Source of the DNA: Lytechinus pictus
Lineage: Eukaryota
Direction: 5' to 3'
Assembly: GCF_037042905.1 (NCBI RefSeq)
Contig: NC_087250.1
Coordinates: 20,214,001-20,278,000 of the forward strand
DNA: 64,000 bases
The translations under genes were made by a program, and so were the position numbers. Under the pieces are notes generated by a model. It was not told where the DNA came from, did not search any database, and saw only the letters and a list, made by a program, of their open reading frames with translations. Shown in pieces: positions 1 to 12,336 of the stretch. Position 1 is the first letter of the stretch. Each line of letters opens with the position of its first letter.

Positions 1-329
1 AATGAAATATCAAAGCGATATTAAATATTTCACTACATGTGCCTCATCGCTTTGCCTGTCCCACAAAATAATGACATACTACCATAGCGGCTTGAGCAAG
101 GCAGCCAATCAGCGGCCTTCTAATACCCCACTCGACAGTAAATGCCGTTTCTTACACGAAATGATTTTTTTGGACACTTGGCGGACCTATCGCGCAAAGT
201 GTCCGATTCTGTAAACGAAATGAATTTTCCATCGGACACTATCTTGGCGTGCCAGGTGTCTGATGGAAAATTCATTTTGTTTACAGAATAGATCTTCGCA
301 TCGCAACGAAAACTTTTCTTTGCCACAGG

Positions 330-1031
330 AAGTTCATTTCGTCGGCGCAATCTATTTCGTTATAGAAAAAATCATGTCGTATGGTACGAAATGAATTTCG
401 TCTCGACGAAATTGATTTCGTGTGACAAAAAATAGATTTCGTAACGAAATAAAACTGCCTTTTGACGAAATGATTTTTGTCTGAATAACAACTTTTTTGT
501 GTACGGAATGGCGTGAATTGGACGGAATTTACTGTCGGATACTTGGTGTGCCATTTCGTTTGATCTAAATTTATTTCGTTAGTACGAAATAAATTTTTGT
601 GGACGCAATTACATTTCGTCTCGACGGAATTAATTTCGTATGTAACGAAATAAATTTTTGTGGACGCAATTACATTTCGTCTCGACGAAATTAATTTCGT
701 ATGGTACGAAATAAATTTTGTGGACGCAATTACATTTCGTCTCGACGATATTAATTTCGTATGGTACGAAATAAATTTTGTGGACGCAATTACATTTCGA
801 CTCGACGAAATTGATTTCGTGTGACAAAAATAGATTTCGTATACGAAATAAAACAGCGTCATGACGAAATGATTTTCGTCTGAATAAAAACATATTTTGT
901 GTACGGAATGGCGTGATTTGGACGGAAAATACTGGCGTACACTTGGCGCCTCATAGTTACCATGGTAGTTACCATTGGAAGGCAAAGTTACCATGAAACT
1001 AATATAACTTTTATGCAATGGGCTCCCGTTA
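330..1031. mobile_element. Probable right end of a non-autonomous DNA transposon (IS3EU-like) with ~60-bp tandem repeats
   Basis: About 4 near-identical ~60-bp units at 580-840 (tggacgcaattacatttcgtctcgacgaaattaatttcgt...) nested in a larger duplication (385-550 vs 790-950). Ends in gggctcccgtt, close to an IS3EU-type ..CCGTA terminus. The left end and TSD are not visible. Confidence 0.45.
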
Positions 1032-2732
1032 GTGAAGAATAAAGTGCAGAGAAATGAAAGAGGAAATGATTACAATTCTGGTTGTTGGTAGCAGACTATG
1101 AACAATTCTTTCAGGATACGGTAGCCATGGTAGCCGCGCTATGCATATACCGTACATACTGTACTGTGCTTTGGTTACTCCTATAGCTTATCCTACACAT
1201 TAAGAATAAATTCAATACTTCAATGCATGCTTAGCTTAATCAAAAATTGTAGTTGACTCTAAAAGTCTAATATGTGGTATTAATCTCATTTATTTTTTTA
1301 TATTTTTTTATTGTATCTCTTGAATGCCATGTAGCACTGTAACTGTGTCTTCATTTTGTGTGGCGCCACCATGTGTTGACTTCTATAAAGGTTTGGAGTT
1401 ACTAAATGAGGTTATCTGTAAATATTGTGTTTAAGCGTTTAGTGTTAAGTGTTATTCTTATTAAAAAAGTTATATCTATATTAATCATTCAAACTTAAGT
1501 ATCATTACAGCATTATTGAAATTATAATATAAAGTTATTTTTATCTGAGCAATATAATATTTGAAATGTACATAGAATTATGTATTTATGTTATTTGCAC
1601 TCAGTAATAATGCAATTGCCATTGTTTTGTGAAAATTGCCTTTTATTCATAAAGAGCTCCTAAATCTCATTGTAGGTGAATACTGTTCACTTGTGCAAAA
1701 AAAAAATCATATTCACATTTGATTGAGTTTCAATATTTATATATATATATATATATGCGTTACAGCTAGAGAGAAAAAAAGTTGGTGTTCCATACATATG
1801 GCTCGTTTACAAAAATTACAATTTCTAGCCTGTTTACAAAATTGTTGGAGACTTGTTAGGAAACTTCCGAAACAATTAAATGGTTTTAACAAGAGTTGAG
1901 ATACCAATTATATCATATATCTGCGTTGTCTAATGATTTAGCTGTGCAACATCAGGGTGGGGTAGACTTATGGAGAAAGTGCGAGAGAGTGATGATTTGG
2001 GAATGGAGAAAGAGAGGAGAGGGGGGGGGGGTAAGCATAGCCGCCATCCAATAACATCTTATCAGATATAGTAAGAATTTTTTTCCGTTCAAAATAGGGA
2101 GGAAAATATAATCTTAAACAAAAAATAAGGTTTTAAAAAGTATGTGTAGTTTAACTTCAGTGTGTGTTTGCCTGGAAAAATTGTGTTTTCTTTGTTTCAG
2201 TAATAATTATGTATTAGACTTGGAAGTGCACTGCAACGATGTCGTAACTTAATAATATTACATTTATCTTCCATAAAGTATGTGTACATGAGAAACTTTT
2301 AACGTGGAACAATGTTTGAGGCATATCAGCAGTCGAGCTCATCTCAAATGTGCGTGCGCTGTCAGCCAAGTGATTTTCAAGAAGTGAACAAGGGCGGGTT
2401 AGGAAAGGAAATGGAAATGAAGTAAAAATACGTAGAACAAAGAACAGAATTAAGTATAATTATACTTATAAAAAACCGGGTGTGTCTCGTATTGATTCTA
2501 TCCAAAATACCCTTGGGCCACCTTTCTTGTTTGTAGTAGTGTAGATTTTTTTTTAATACATGATTTTTTCTTAAAGAAAATGCTAGTTGGTGGATACTCT
2601 CGACCCAGCTGATAAATGGGTACCCGACAGGATGTGAAAGTCATTGTAGCTTGTCCACTTGTTCAGTACCGTGTGTGCCTCACCGGCGACTGGCTGGAAT
2701 ACTCCACAGGGAGTGGAGGATGTGCACACAAT

Positions 2733-5700
2733 GGCCCGTATTCTGATAGCGTGGTTTAACTTAACCCTAGTCTAAGTGTGGTAATAAACTGCCATATTTA
2801 AACCTAGGTTTAAATTTCGTATTCCGATAGCAAGGTTTAAGTTAACCCTGGTCTAAGTGTGGTAATAAATCCTCAAAAAGTTAAACTCGCGCAGGGGGTA
2901 GTTTAAGCCTGGTTTAAATCCAACAAATCATGGCCAACAATTTTTTAGAATTTATGCCTATATTGCATTTCGAGCTACTTCCTCAGTTTTTAACAGATTC
3001 TCATGAAATTTGGAACACACTTTGGTCTCAAGGTAAGGGGGTGTAAGAATTTTTTTTCCCTTTTTCGGAAATTGTGTTGCCATGGTAACAGTATATTATG
3101 GTTCAAAATTTTGCCGTTTAAAATACTTAATCAGTTTTCTACCAATTCTCAAGAAAGTTGGCTAACACATTGATTTTGAGGTAAAGATGTGCAAGACTCA
3201 TTTTTGCATGTGTCGGAAATTGTGTTGCCATGGTAACGGTATAGTATGACAAAAACTAAGCATAAATCTTGCTGTTCCAACTACTTCCTCAGTTTTTAAC
3301 CAATTCTCGTGAAATTTGGCACATACATTAGTCTTAATGTGAAGATGTGCAAAACATATTCTATGCCTAAAGTATATAAAAAATCGCGTTGCCATGGTAA
3401 CATATCAAATATCGAAAATTAGGTGAAAAACTTGTGGTTTTAATTACTTTATAATTTTCAAACCATTTCTCATGATATTTGGCACAGACATAAGTCTTGA
3501 GGTGAAGATTTGCAAGACACATTTTTGCATGTGTTGGAAATTGTGTTGCCATGGAAACGGTATATTATGGCAAAAACTATGTAAAAATCTTGCAATTCCA
3601 ACTACTTCCTAAGTTTTAACCAATTCTCATGAAATGTGGTACAAACATTAGTCTTGATGTGAAGATGTGCAAAAAATATTTTATGTCTTTATAAAAAAAA
3701 TCATGTTGCCATGGTAACAAATCAAATATAAAAAATTAGATGAAAATCTTGTGATTTGAACTACTTTATCAGTTTCCAACTGGTCAATTCTCTTAAAAAT
3801 TTGGCACATACATTAATGTTGAGGTGAAGATGTCTGACATATTTTTGCCTGTATCAGAATCGTGTCGCCATGGTAACAACATATTATATAACGAAAATAA
3901 GGTGAACATTTTGTAGTTCGAACTCCTTCATTAGTTTTCATTTTTCAACCAATTCTTATAAAAGTTGGCTCACACATTGGTTTTGAGGTATAGATCTGCA
4001 AGACATATATTTGGGTGTATCAGAAATCGTGTTGCCATGGTAACAACATATTACATAATGAAATTAGGTGAAAATCTTGCGGTTTGAACTCCTTCATTAA
4101 TTTTCATTTTTCAACCAATTCTTATAAAAGTCGGCTCACACATTGGTTTTGAGGTATAGATCTGCAAGACATATATTTGTGTGTGTTGGAAACTTTGTTG
4201 CCATGGTAACATCATATTAAATCAATAAATGTGTAAACACATCTCGTGGATTGAACTTCTTCATTTTATGACATAGGCCTATGCTCATGAAATTTAGAAC
4301 ACATAGGTTTTGAGGTAAAATAATCTGCAAGACACATTTTCTCATTCATCAAAATATGTGTTTGTATGGTAACTACACACACCAAAATAAGATTAAGACA
4401 ATAGTCAATGCTAACTGTTGTTTGGCTATATAGAGAACTACATGTAGCTGTAGGCTTAGTTCTAGTTTTAAGGGGGGTGCTAGACCTCTAGATCTCGAAC
4501 TACAGTCCCTAGCTTTAGATCTAGGCCTAGATCTAGATTCTTTAGATCTAGTAATAATCCGTTAGATCTCTAGCCTACTTCTTTTGTCATGCCTAAGGTT
4601 AGATGAGTAGATCTACTGTAGACTAGCCTACATTTACTATTTTTCGATTTAGAATCTAAATTGAGAGTCTACAAATCTCTAGATCTAGACCTATTACATG
4701 TAGACCTAGATTGATACAGATCTAGTTCTAGATCTAGATAGGGTCTAAGTTATTTAGTCTAGAACTAGGCCAGCGTTAGAGATTCTAGATCATACAGTAA
4801 GTCAGTAGACTAGATAGCACAGACTAACGTAAGGCCTAGATCTAAATTCTTACATAAATCTAGGCCTGGCCTAGTCTAGTCAAGACTAAGCTGTTGTTGG
4901 TCTAGGTTTAGGCCTGTTTTTTAGTCCTGGACCTGGAAACCTAAACAAGTCCCCAAAAATATTTAAATAAAATAAAAACTCTTCAAAGAAACAGATATGG
5001 ACCTAAAACAGGAGTAGAGAGATGTCATTTAGCCAGGCCTAGTTACTTGGCAAGCAATGGCAATGCATATCGATAGTCAGATCTAACACTGTAGACAGGA
5101 ATAACCGTCGTTTCTGGGGATTTATTGAAAAAATTCTGACATTTTATTGTCATATCACATTGCCTTGGTGAGAGAGGCCAACGGCAACGTAGACTGTCAT
5201 ACTCATCACAGACTCAGCGGAACAATACAGAGACTGAAGCTTTTTGTCTAAGACAAATCAGATCTATTCTACTAGATTCTAACTAAGAATAAGGTTAGAA
5301 TATAGATCTATATCTATCCCTGTCCCAAGGCTAAGCCAGCCTAATTCCTGAATGATGTTCTAGGCCTAGACCAATACTATAAATATGTATAATGTAGCTT
5401 CAGTCTCGGTTGCTCCACTAGACTACGGTTTGCTTCAGGAAAGTAAAAAAAATCAAAACAATGTTCAATTCTCCTCCAAACAATTGGGCCTAAGCTAGAT
5501 CTAACTATACTAGCCTAGGCCTAATGTTAGACCCAAGACTACTCTCAAAAGTTACAAAAATTTCCCCTTACATAAAGTTAGAATAAAGATGTCAACCTCT
5601 TAACTTATTGTTTTAGATCTAGGACTAGAGTCTAGACTCTAGTCTAGAGTGGGTGAGGTGAATCTATTCAATTTAGATTTTGACAAACATGAAAAGCAAT

Positions 5701-6151
5701 CAATGGGACTGATACACACAAAACTATGCAGGTCACTCGGTTTGGGATTGAAATGTTTTAGTAATTAAAAAATATAAAGATAATCTGAATGAAAATTTCT
5801 TACCATATATGGGTGATGAATGCTTTTCTTTCACTACAATAGTTGTAATTAGTTTCCATAAAATCCAAATTTTTAAGAAAATACAACTTTAGTGACATTT
5901 TTTCAACTTTGTTGCAGTCATCCCTGCAGCACTAATTTACCAAAAAGGTGCTAGTCTTGGTTAAAAGAGGATTATTATTTCCAAAAAGAATTTAAACCCG
6001 GGTTTAACCCAGGTTTAGTTAAACCTGGCTATCAGAATACCAAAATAATTAAACTACACTTAGACCAGAGGTGAGGTTTAGAGGAGGTTTAGTTAAACCA
6101 GGGTTAACTTTAGACTAGGGTTAAGTTAAACCTGCTATCAGAATACGGGCC
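2733..6151. mobile_element. Non-autonomous TIR DNA transposon (ISL2EU/Harbinger-like), 3.4 kb
   Basis: TIR ggcccgtattctgatagc..gctatcagaatacgggcc with subterminal re-copies. AT on both sides (2731-2732, 6152-6153). No transposase ORF. Confidence 0.8.
2960..4380. repeat. ~160-bp tandem repeat, ~9 units, each with an RFX X-box-like palindrome
   Basis: GTTGCCATGGWAAC-type motif at 3076, 3224, 3388, 3545, 3705, 3864, 4031 and 4197; degenerate copy at ~4360. Confidence 0.9.
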
Positions 6152-6715
6152 ATCGTGTGCGGGAATGACTGATTGAATCCGATGACCGGGGTATATCTGA
6201 AAAGCGCTTAGACACGTCGTTCCGATGTATTAAGCGCTATATAAAAGCGAATTTTTATTATTATTATTATGAAATAAAGTAAGTAAAGTTATTTCATGAC
6301 AGAAACTGTAATTTCTTCTGGATATCGTGTTAAAGGGAAAGTTCACCCTGAAAAAAGTTTATTGTAAAAATAGCAGAAAAAAATGATAAAATATATTGCA
6401 GAATATTGCAGTGTATCAATAGAAAAATCATTTCACATCTGTTTAAAAAATAAGTCATCACAAACCATTAAATATTTGAATTTTATGCACTTTAAATGAC
6501 ATAAGGTATGTGACAGCTGCTCGTTTAAGACGTCATAAATCCATAACTTGCAATTGTAATAACTTCCTTAATCTTCAATGGATCTTCCTCAAACCTTTGA
6601 TATAATTTTTCTGCTATTTTTACAACATAAGGTTGTTCCGAAATCTCCCACCATTAACCAGTCAACAAGCAGATATGTACAGTCACACAGAACTGGTAAG
6701 CAAAATCTCCATATA

Positions 6716-6927
6716 CACTCTTAAAACAAATCAGTCAAATTGACTAGACCTGTAGTCAGCTGGATGCAACTAATATGTCTAGTCACATTTCTGACATATA
6801 TTCTAGTCAGAAATAACTCTGCTCTAGTAAAATACGACTACAAAATAGTCAAATATGACTAGAATAACAGTGACACCCAGCTGACCCTATTAACTAGTCA
6901 TTTTTTGACTGATTTGGTTTGAGAGTG
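6716..6927. mobile_element. MITE, 212 bp, CACTCT..AGAGTG
   Basis: Imperfect ~30-bp TIR (cactcttaaaacaaatcagtcaaa / tttgactgatttggtttgagagtg). TA on the left, CA on the right. Confidence 0.7.
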
Positions 6928-7959
6928 CATGTACCAATCAATGTTATCACGTTATTTCAAAATGGCACATCTATGGAAAGCCAAGTGCCCTGAGGCTGAT
7001 TCTGCAACGAAATCAATAATTTTGTTACGAAATAAGTTTAGAAAGTGCTTTAGTCATGAAACATTATCATCAAATGATTCTTTTTCGCCATAAGTGATCA
7101 TTGACTATCTTGTTACAAAATCAACTAATGCAAATGATTTCGTGACGAAATCACATTATGAAAGTCGAGAAGAAAATTCATCGAAAATCAACATTCGTAT
7201 CATATTGTTCGAAATAGAAATCATGAAGAGAAATCCTCCGAAATCCCTCGCTTCGCTCGGGACGCAGCCGTCAGGGCCTCGACAAGAGGCTACCCTGCCC
7301 CCCACCCCCACATGGAGGCCATCGTGATAAAGTCTGTTTTACACTTAGCAATGCCACATGAAATATAGCTTAGGTTTGATTTTCTTTCTGTTTATCATTG
7401 TCATGCTTCAGAAAACAATGGAGAAACAAGTATTGAATGAAATATCAATTGTAAACGCGTATCGAATGATAAAAATGCTGGAGATGTCTCAAATAAACTT
7501 TGCCTACATTTAGCTCTGTTCTCAGAACCAGATGGCACAACATGAAAAAATATAGGTTGAGCAAAGAATAATTTCACGAGAAAGTCGTTTAAAACAAGGT
7601 TAATTATTGTCACGATATTATATATACATTAATGTAAACTTGTCTTTGTGAAATCAAGTTAGCTCACTCTGATGTTTCTGCTTATCACTAATCACAGAAA
7701 AGCATATAAGGAACAGTGTATTTATATTCCTATTGCGTAGAAAAAAATACCCGACATTTTTATTTTGATGGAATTGTGTGCTTATGTTGCACATTTCTCA
7801 GCAATAATGCAATTTCTTTCAGAGTAATTTGGCAAATATTGTTTTAATCATACATACAAACACTTGGTTAGTAATTTTATTTTATTCTGTTCAAACTCAT
7901 TTTAAGATCGTTACCACAACTAGTATTTATCTGAAAATGTGAATTTGGGTGGCATAGTT

Positions 7960-8136
7960 CAGGGGCCGCGGAAGCGGGGGGGGGGGGGGGGCTGGGGGGC
8001 TTCAGCCCCCCCACTTTTTTCCAAAACCGTGTACAAAAACGTAAAAATGACCATATGATTGTGATTTTTAGCATGGTCAGCCCCCCCCCACTTTTGGCTC
8101 AGCCCCCCCACTTTGAAAACCGTTCCGCGGCCCCTG
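7960..8136. mobile_element. GC-rich MITE, 177 bp
   Basis: TIR caggggccgcggaa / ttccgcggcccctg. TAGTT duplicated at 7955-7959 and 8137-8141. Confidence 0.85.
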
Positions 8137-9319
8137 TAGTTGTTTCAAGAGGTAAAAATGTATTTCAACTGGCTGAAAATACACCCACACACACACGCAC
8201 ACACCTTCGCACACACAAGAAATGTACCACACGGTCAGTGTGTTTACTCCGTTTTCCTTCACACAGTGTGAAAATTTAGCATTTCTGCGAGCTTTTCAAA
8301 CATGGACAGCGCTCACTCAATTGTAAAATTCTGTCATTTTGTCACTTTCAGATTTTGTTTTCCCTTTTGAACGGGATACAGGAACCGAAGTGCAAATCAC
8401 TTCCTTCCTAAGATCCTTATTTATCTAATTAAGGATTGCAGCATATTACAGTAAAGTCCTTGACAAAATTTGAATTGATTAATAGTTATGAAAAGTTCAT
8501 TGATATTCTCCGATACAGGAGATAAAATTTACAAAAAAAATATATAAAAAAATCGTTGGCATTTAGGCGCACCTATGAAAAATTTAATGAACAACATGTA
8601 TTGAATTTTGAATGTATATATGACTTTGTAAACATATTTTAAATATTAAAAAGAATTATAATGCCACGATGACCAAATAACAATCAATTTTAACAACTTT
8701 TGAAAGACAGGAAAGAAAAAATGTCTCGGTAAATGTAAACAATTAATATAGTGAATCGATTGTACCCGTATTTTCCCCTTATCAGTGAATAGTGTTGTAC
8801 GGTGAATGGGTAGCTGGAATGAAAGAAATTCCTTGAATACTTCAGCGCCTATTTGGCAGCACTGCTAAAGCCGGGGTAATGTTAGCAGCGCCATGTATCC
8901 TCAGGTGTCACGCGCGTAAAATATTCCTCATATACTTGCGTGTTAAAATGGCACTTTTGAAAAATTCATACAAATAAACGTGTAATTAGAGAGTCGAATG
9001 TTTACTACCATTGGATTGGATATTATATCCAACATTCCATATCTGACCAGAGAAGGGTATGATAGCCAGCTCATTTTGAAGAAAAAAAAATCGCCATTTA
9101 TGAAGATAACTATGATGGAATCAAATTAATCAACTTAAACAGTAAAATAGCCCGCCAGCCAAAAAATAGTTCCAAGTCATTGATATATCTTCCCAATTAT
9201 TTGGGCAAAGGAAGTTCAGTAGTTTCCATTTCTAGAAACAGAAGAAGTTTTCTGTTTATATAATTACTTATATTTCAAGGAACTGTGGTTTGTTATCTTT
9301 AGCTTTGGGTAAAAAAGGA

Positions 9320-9588
<269 letters not shown>

Positions 9589-10043
9589 TTCCCCCCAAAA
9601 GAGCAGCAATGTACGAGTCAATTTTATTAATTGGTAGTGTCAGTTTTAAAAGGATGTGATTTTGTTGCAAGTTTATATTGTGGATGTAATTTCACAACCA
9701 ACGCTTTAAATCATTTCTTTAAAATATTTATTTAATTTTTACGGTTCAGATGATCTCAGAACATGACGCATTAGAAAATGTGTATGTTTACCTTAAAATT
9801 GCCCATGAAAAATGATTTTGCTTGCAAGGTTACCTGTGTGCCTTTACTGGCGTTTTAGAGCTACTGACATACCAGTTTGAAGTTTCCTTGATTTTAAATA
9901 ATTTGTCATTTTATTGAAAGTTAAGAAATAATAACTACTTTATAAAAAGTGTTATTATCATTATGATTACAATTGTACAACACATTTCTCGCTTTCCTCG
10001 CGCATGGAGACCTGTAGGTGTTATGCGTATTAACGAACTGTAC

Positions 10044-10200
10044 TATTATTATTATTATCATTATTATAATCATTGTCAATTATTATCAGTATCATTATTT
10101 TTTTACCATTATCATTATAATTATTATCATTAATACTATTATCATCATTGTTGATATATATATATATATATTTTTTTTATTTCTTCTTCTTATCATTGTT
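10044..10200. repeat. (ATT/ATC)n microsatellite
   Basis: Direct reading. Confidence 0.9.
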
Positions 10201-10936
10201 ATCGTTTGAGTAGTAATAGATGTATGTAGCATGTAGAAGAGATGCTTGATCAACATAATTCCATTTGAAATTCCACGCACTTCTAGTAAACGAATGAAAA
10301 ACGACAATCCGGACTTTAACTATCAAAAACAACAAGAGAAGTTGGGACGTTTTCTTTCAGATAGATAAATGTATTATAATCGATTATGTAAAGTCAAATT
10401 ATTAAAAGTGAATCCAGGATAATTTTCACCCTTTTTTTACGTCAGATAATATCTATTTACAAAAAAACAAAAATTATAATTGTTTTGGAAAAATATTTTT
10501 TAAGTCAGTAAATGATAAAATATTTTATTCAAAGAATTTGAAAGAAATAAACAGAATATACACAGTAATAAATTAAGCTTTTATTTTATATATATATTGG
10601 TCATGATCTCATTTACAGTGAAATTTTAAAATCAAATGATTTTTTGAAGAAGAATTTAAGAAATTTTGGGAAGGTCCAAACGGTGTCGACTACACCAGCG
10701 GATCTTACTATCAACGAAAGAATGACTTCTAGATTTTCATGAGAGTAGATGTCTTTAGCTCTGTATATATTGGTGTATACATGCTATGATACGAGTGAGG
10801 AAAAACGAAATGCCAATATCTACGTCTAGACCAAACTTACATGATTTTTAACTTCATTTCCTCATATTCATGTATCAGTAAGGGTTGACCTGACACCACA
10901 TCTGAATTACTTCCGGTTCACGCCACGGATGAAAGG

Positions 10937-11097
10937 TAGTCTGCAGGCACAGACCCTCATTGGAACTTTGATCAACAAGACAGTGTGCCTCCACGCAAAG
11001 ACTAGCACATACAAAACTAGAGCCTTCAGTACACAAGGCATGAGTAGGCTGCACACTCAGACCCTTAACTCGAGCGAAGGGTTTGCCCAGCAGACTA
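10937..11097. mobile_element. AcademH-like non-autonomous element, 161 bp
   Basis: TAGTCTGC..GCAGACTA termini. Perfect 9-bp TSD GATGAAAGG (10928-10936, 11098-11106). A related empty-site-like sequence lies at ~11195-11240. Confidence 0.8.
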
Positions 11098-11324
11098 GAT
11101 GAAAGGTGCAGAGAATCACTAATCTGTACACTAAAATATTCAGCTAAGTGCAGAGGGTAGAAGACAAGGTTTAGATTTGGTTTCTCATGTTAAAACATCT
11201 GAACTACTTCCGGTTCACGTGCCTGATGAAAGCTGCAGATGACTGATGAGAAGGTTTAGGTAAGGTTTCCCGTGTATTAAGAATAAAACGATCTACCATC
11301 GCGTCTGTAGAAACTTAATCACAC

Positions 11325-11351
11325 CATGGACCTATTCGTAATAGGTCCATG
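11325..11351. mobile_element. 27-bp hairpin insertion with 7-bp TSD
   Basis: CATGGACCTATT-cgt-AATAGGTCCATG flanked by ATCACAC on both sides. Confidence 0.75.
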
Positions 11352-11639
11352 ATCACACAAACACGCACGCACTCTCTCTCTCTCTCTCTCTCTCTCACGG
11401 AAACCCAATCACTTGCAATATAACACGATTTTTTTTGCTAAATGAACTTTCTTTCTTTTTACGTTCGTTTTGCTCCGAATCATTTAAAATAGGATGTAAT
11501 TCGGTGTGAAAGAAATATTCTCAACATGTTTCTGATGTGTCTCTGATAAAAAGTTCTCAATCAGGTAACATGATTACAATAGAAACTCACTTTATAAATA
11601 TAACATCATAAATTGTGCCGTGTGTGTAATTCACTGTGT

Positions 11640-11990
11640 AATAATAATAATAATGATAATAATGATAATAATAATGATAATTTTACTATTACTACCACCA
11701 CTACTATTCTAATTTTACTACTACTACTACTACTGTTACTACTACTACTACTAGTAGTACTACTACTACTACTTCTACTATTACTTCTTCTACTACTACT
11801 ACTACTACTACTAATAATAATAATACTACTACTACTACTTCTTCGAATGCTATGAATCCAGTGACCGGGCAATAATAATTGTGAAGCGCTTTGAACAGTC
11901 GTAGATTGATAAAGCACTATATAAATGCCAATTATTATTATTATTATTATTACTTATTATGATTATTATTATCATTATTAATATTACTAT
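11640..11990. repeat. (AAT)n/(ACT)n microsatellites around a SINE 3' tail (11850-11950)
   Basis: Direct reading. Tail motif gtgaagcgctttga...gcactatataaatgccaattattatt. Confidence 0.85.
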
Positions 11991-12336
11991 TATTTTTTAT
12001 TTTAAACAACAAACTTTTCCTGAAGGTGAACTTCTGTGCTTAACGCATGAATAATCATGTATAGTTTAGAGCGAACCACACAAACCTAGTGCGTTCGCCG
12101 ACAAATTTGTTTATTTTTATATGAACATGATTAAATTTAAATGCTAGAAAAATAGTATTATATGAATTTCATTCCCCCCAAAGTTATAAGTAGTAACAAA
12201 TAGTTATGCAAATAAATAGAGATATAGAAAATTGCATTTTTTTTTGTTAATTCATGCAGAGTATTTTTTTTCAATTCGTTTTATTAGTACTACATTTTAA
12301 AAATAAAATTACAAAAGATACATTCTGGATTATATT

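Larger units (their letters stand above)
2596..6270 (+). mobile_element. SINE fragment split by a DNA transposon (parts 2596-2732 and 6152-6270)
   Basis: gacccagctgataaatgggtacc SINE body motif on the left. L2-like tail agcgctatataaa...(tta)n on the right. Confidence 0.6.

Noticed and set aside
580..840. CRISPR-like ~60-bp periodic array with palindromes
   Set aside because: Whole units are near-identical, so there are no unique spacers. No cas genes, and the context is eukaryotic.
281..1018. 245-aa ORF on the minus strand
   Set aside because: It is a translation of the tandem repeat, with no recognisable domain.
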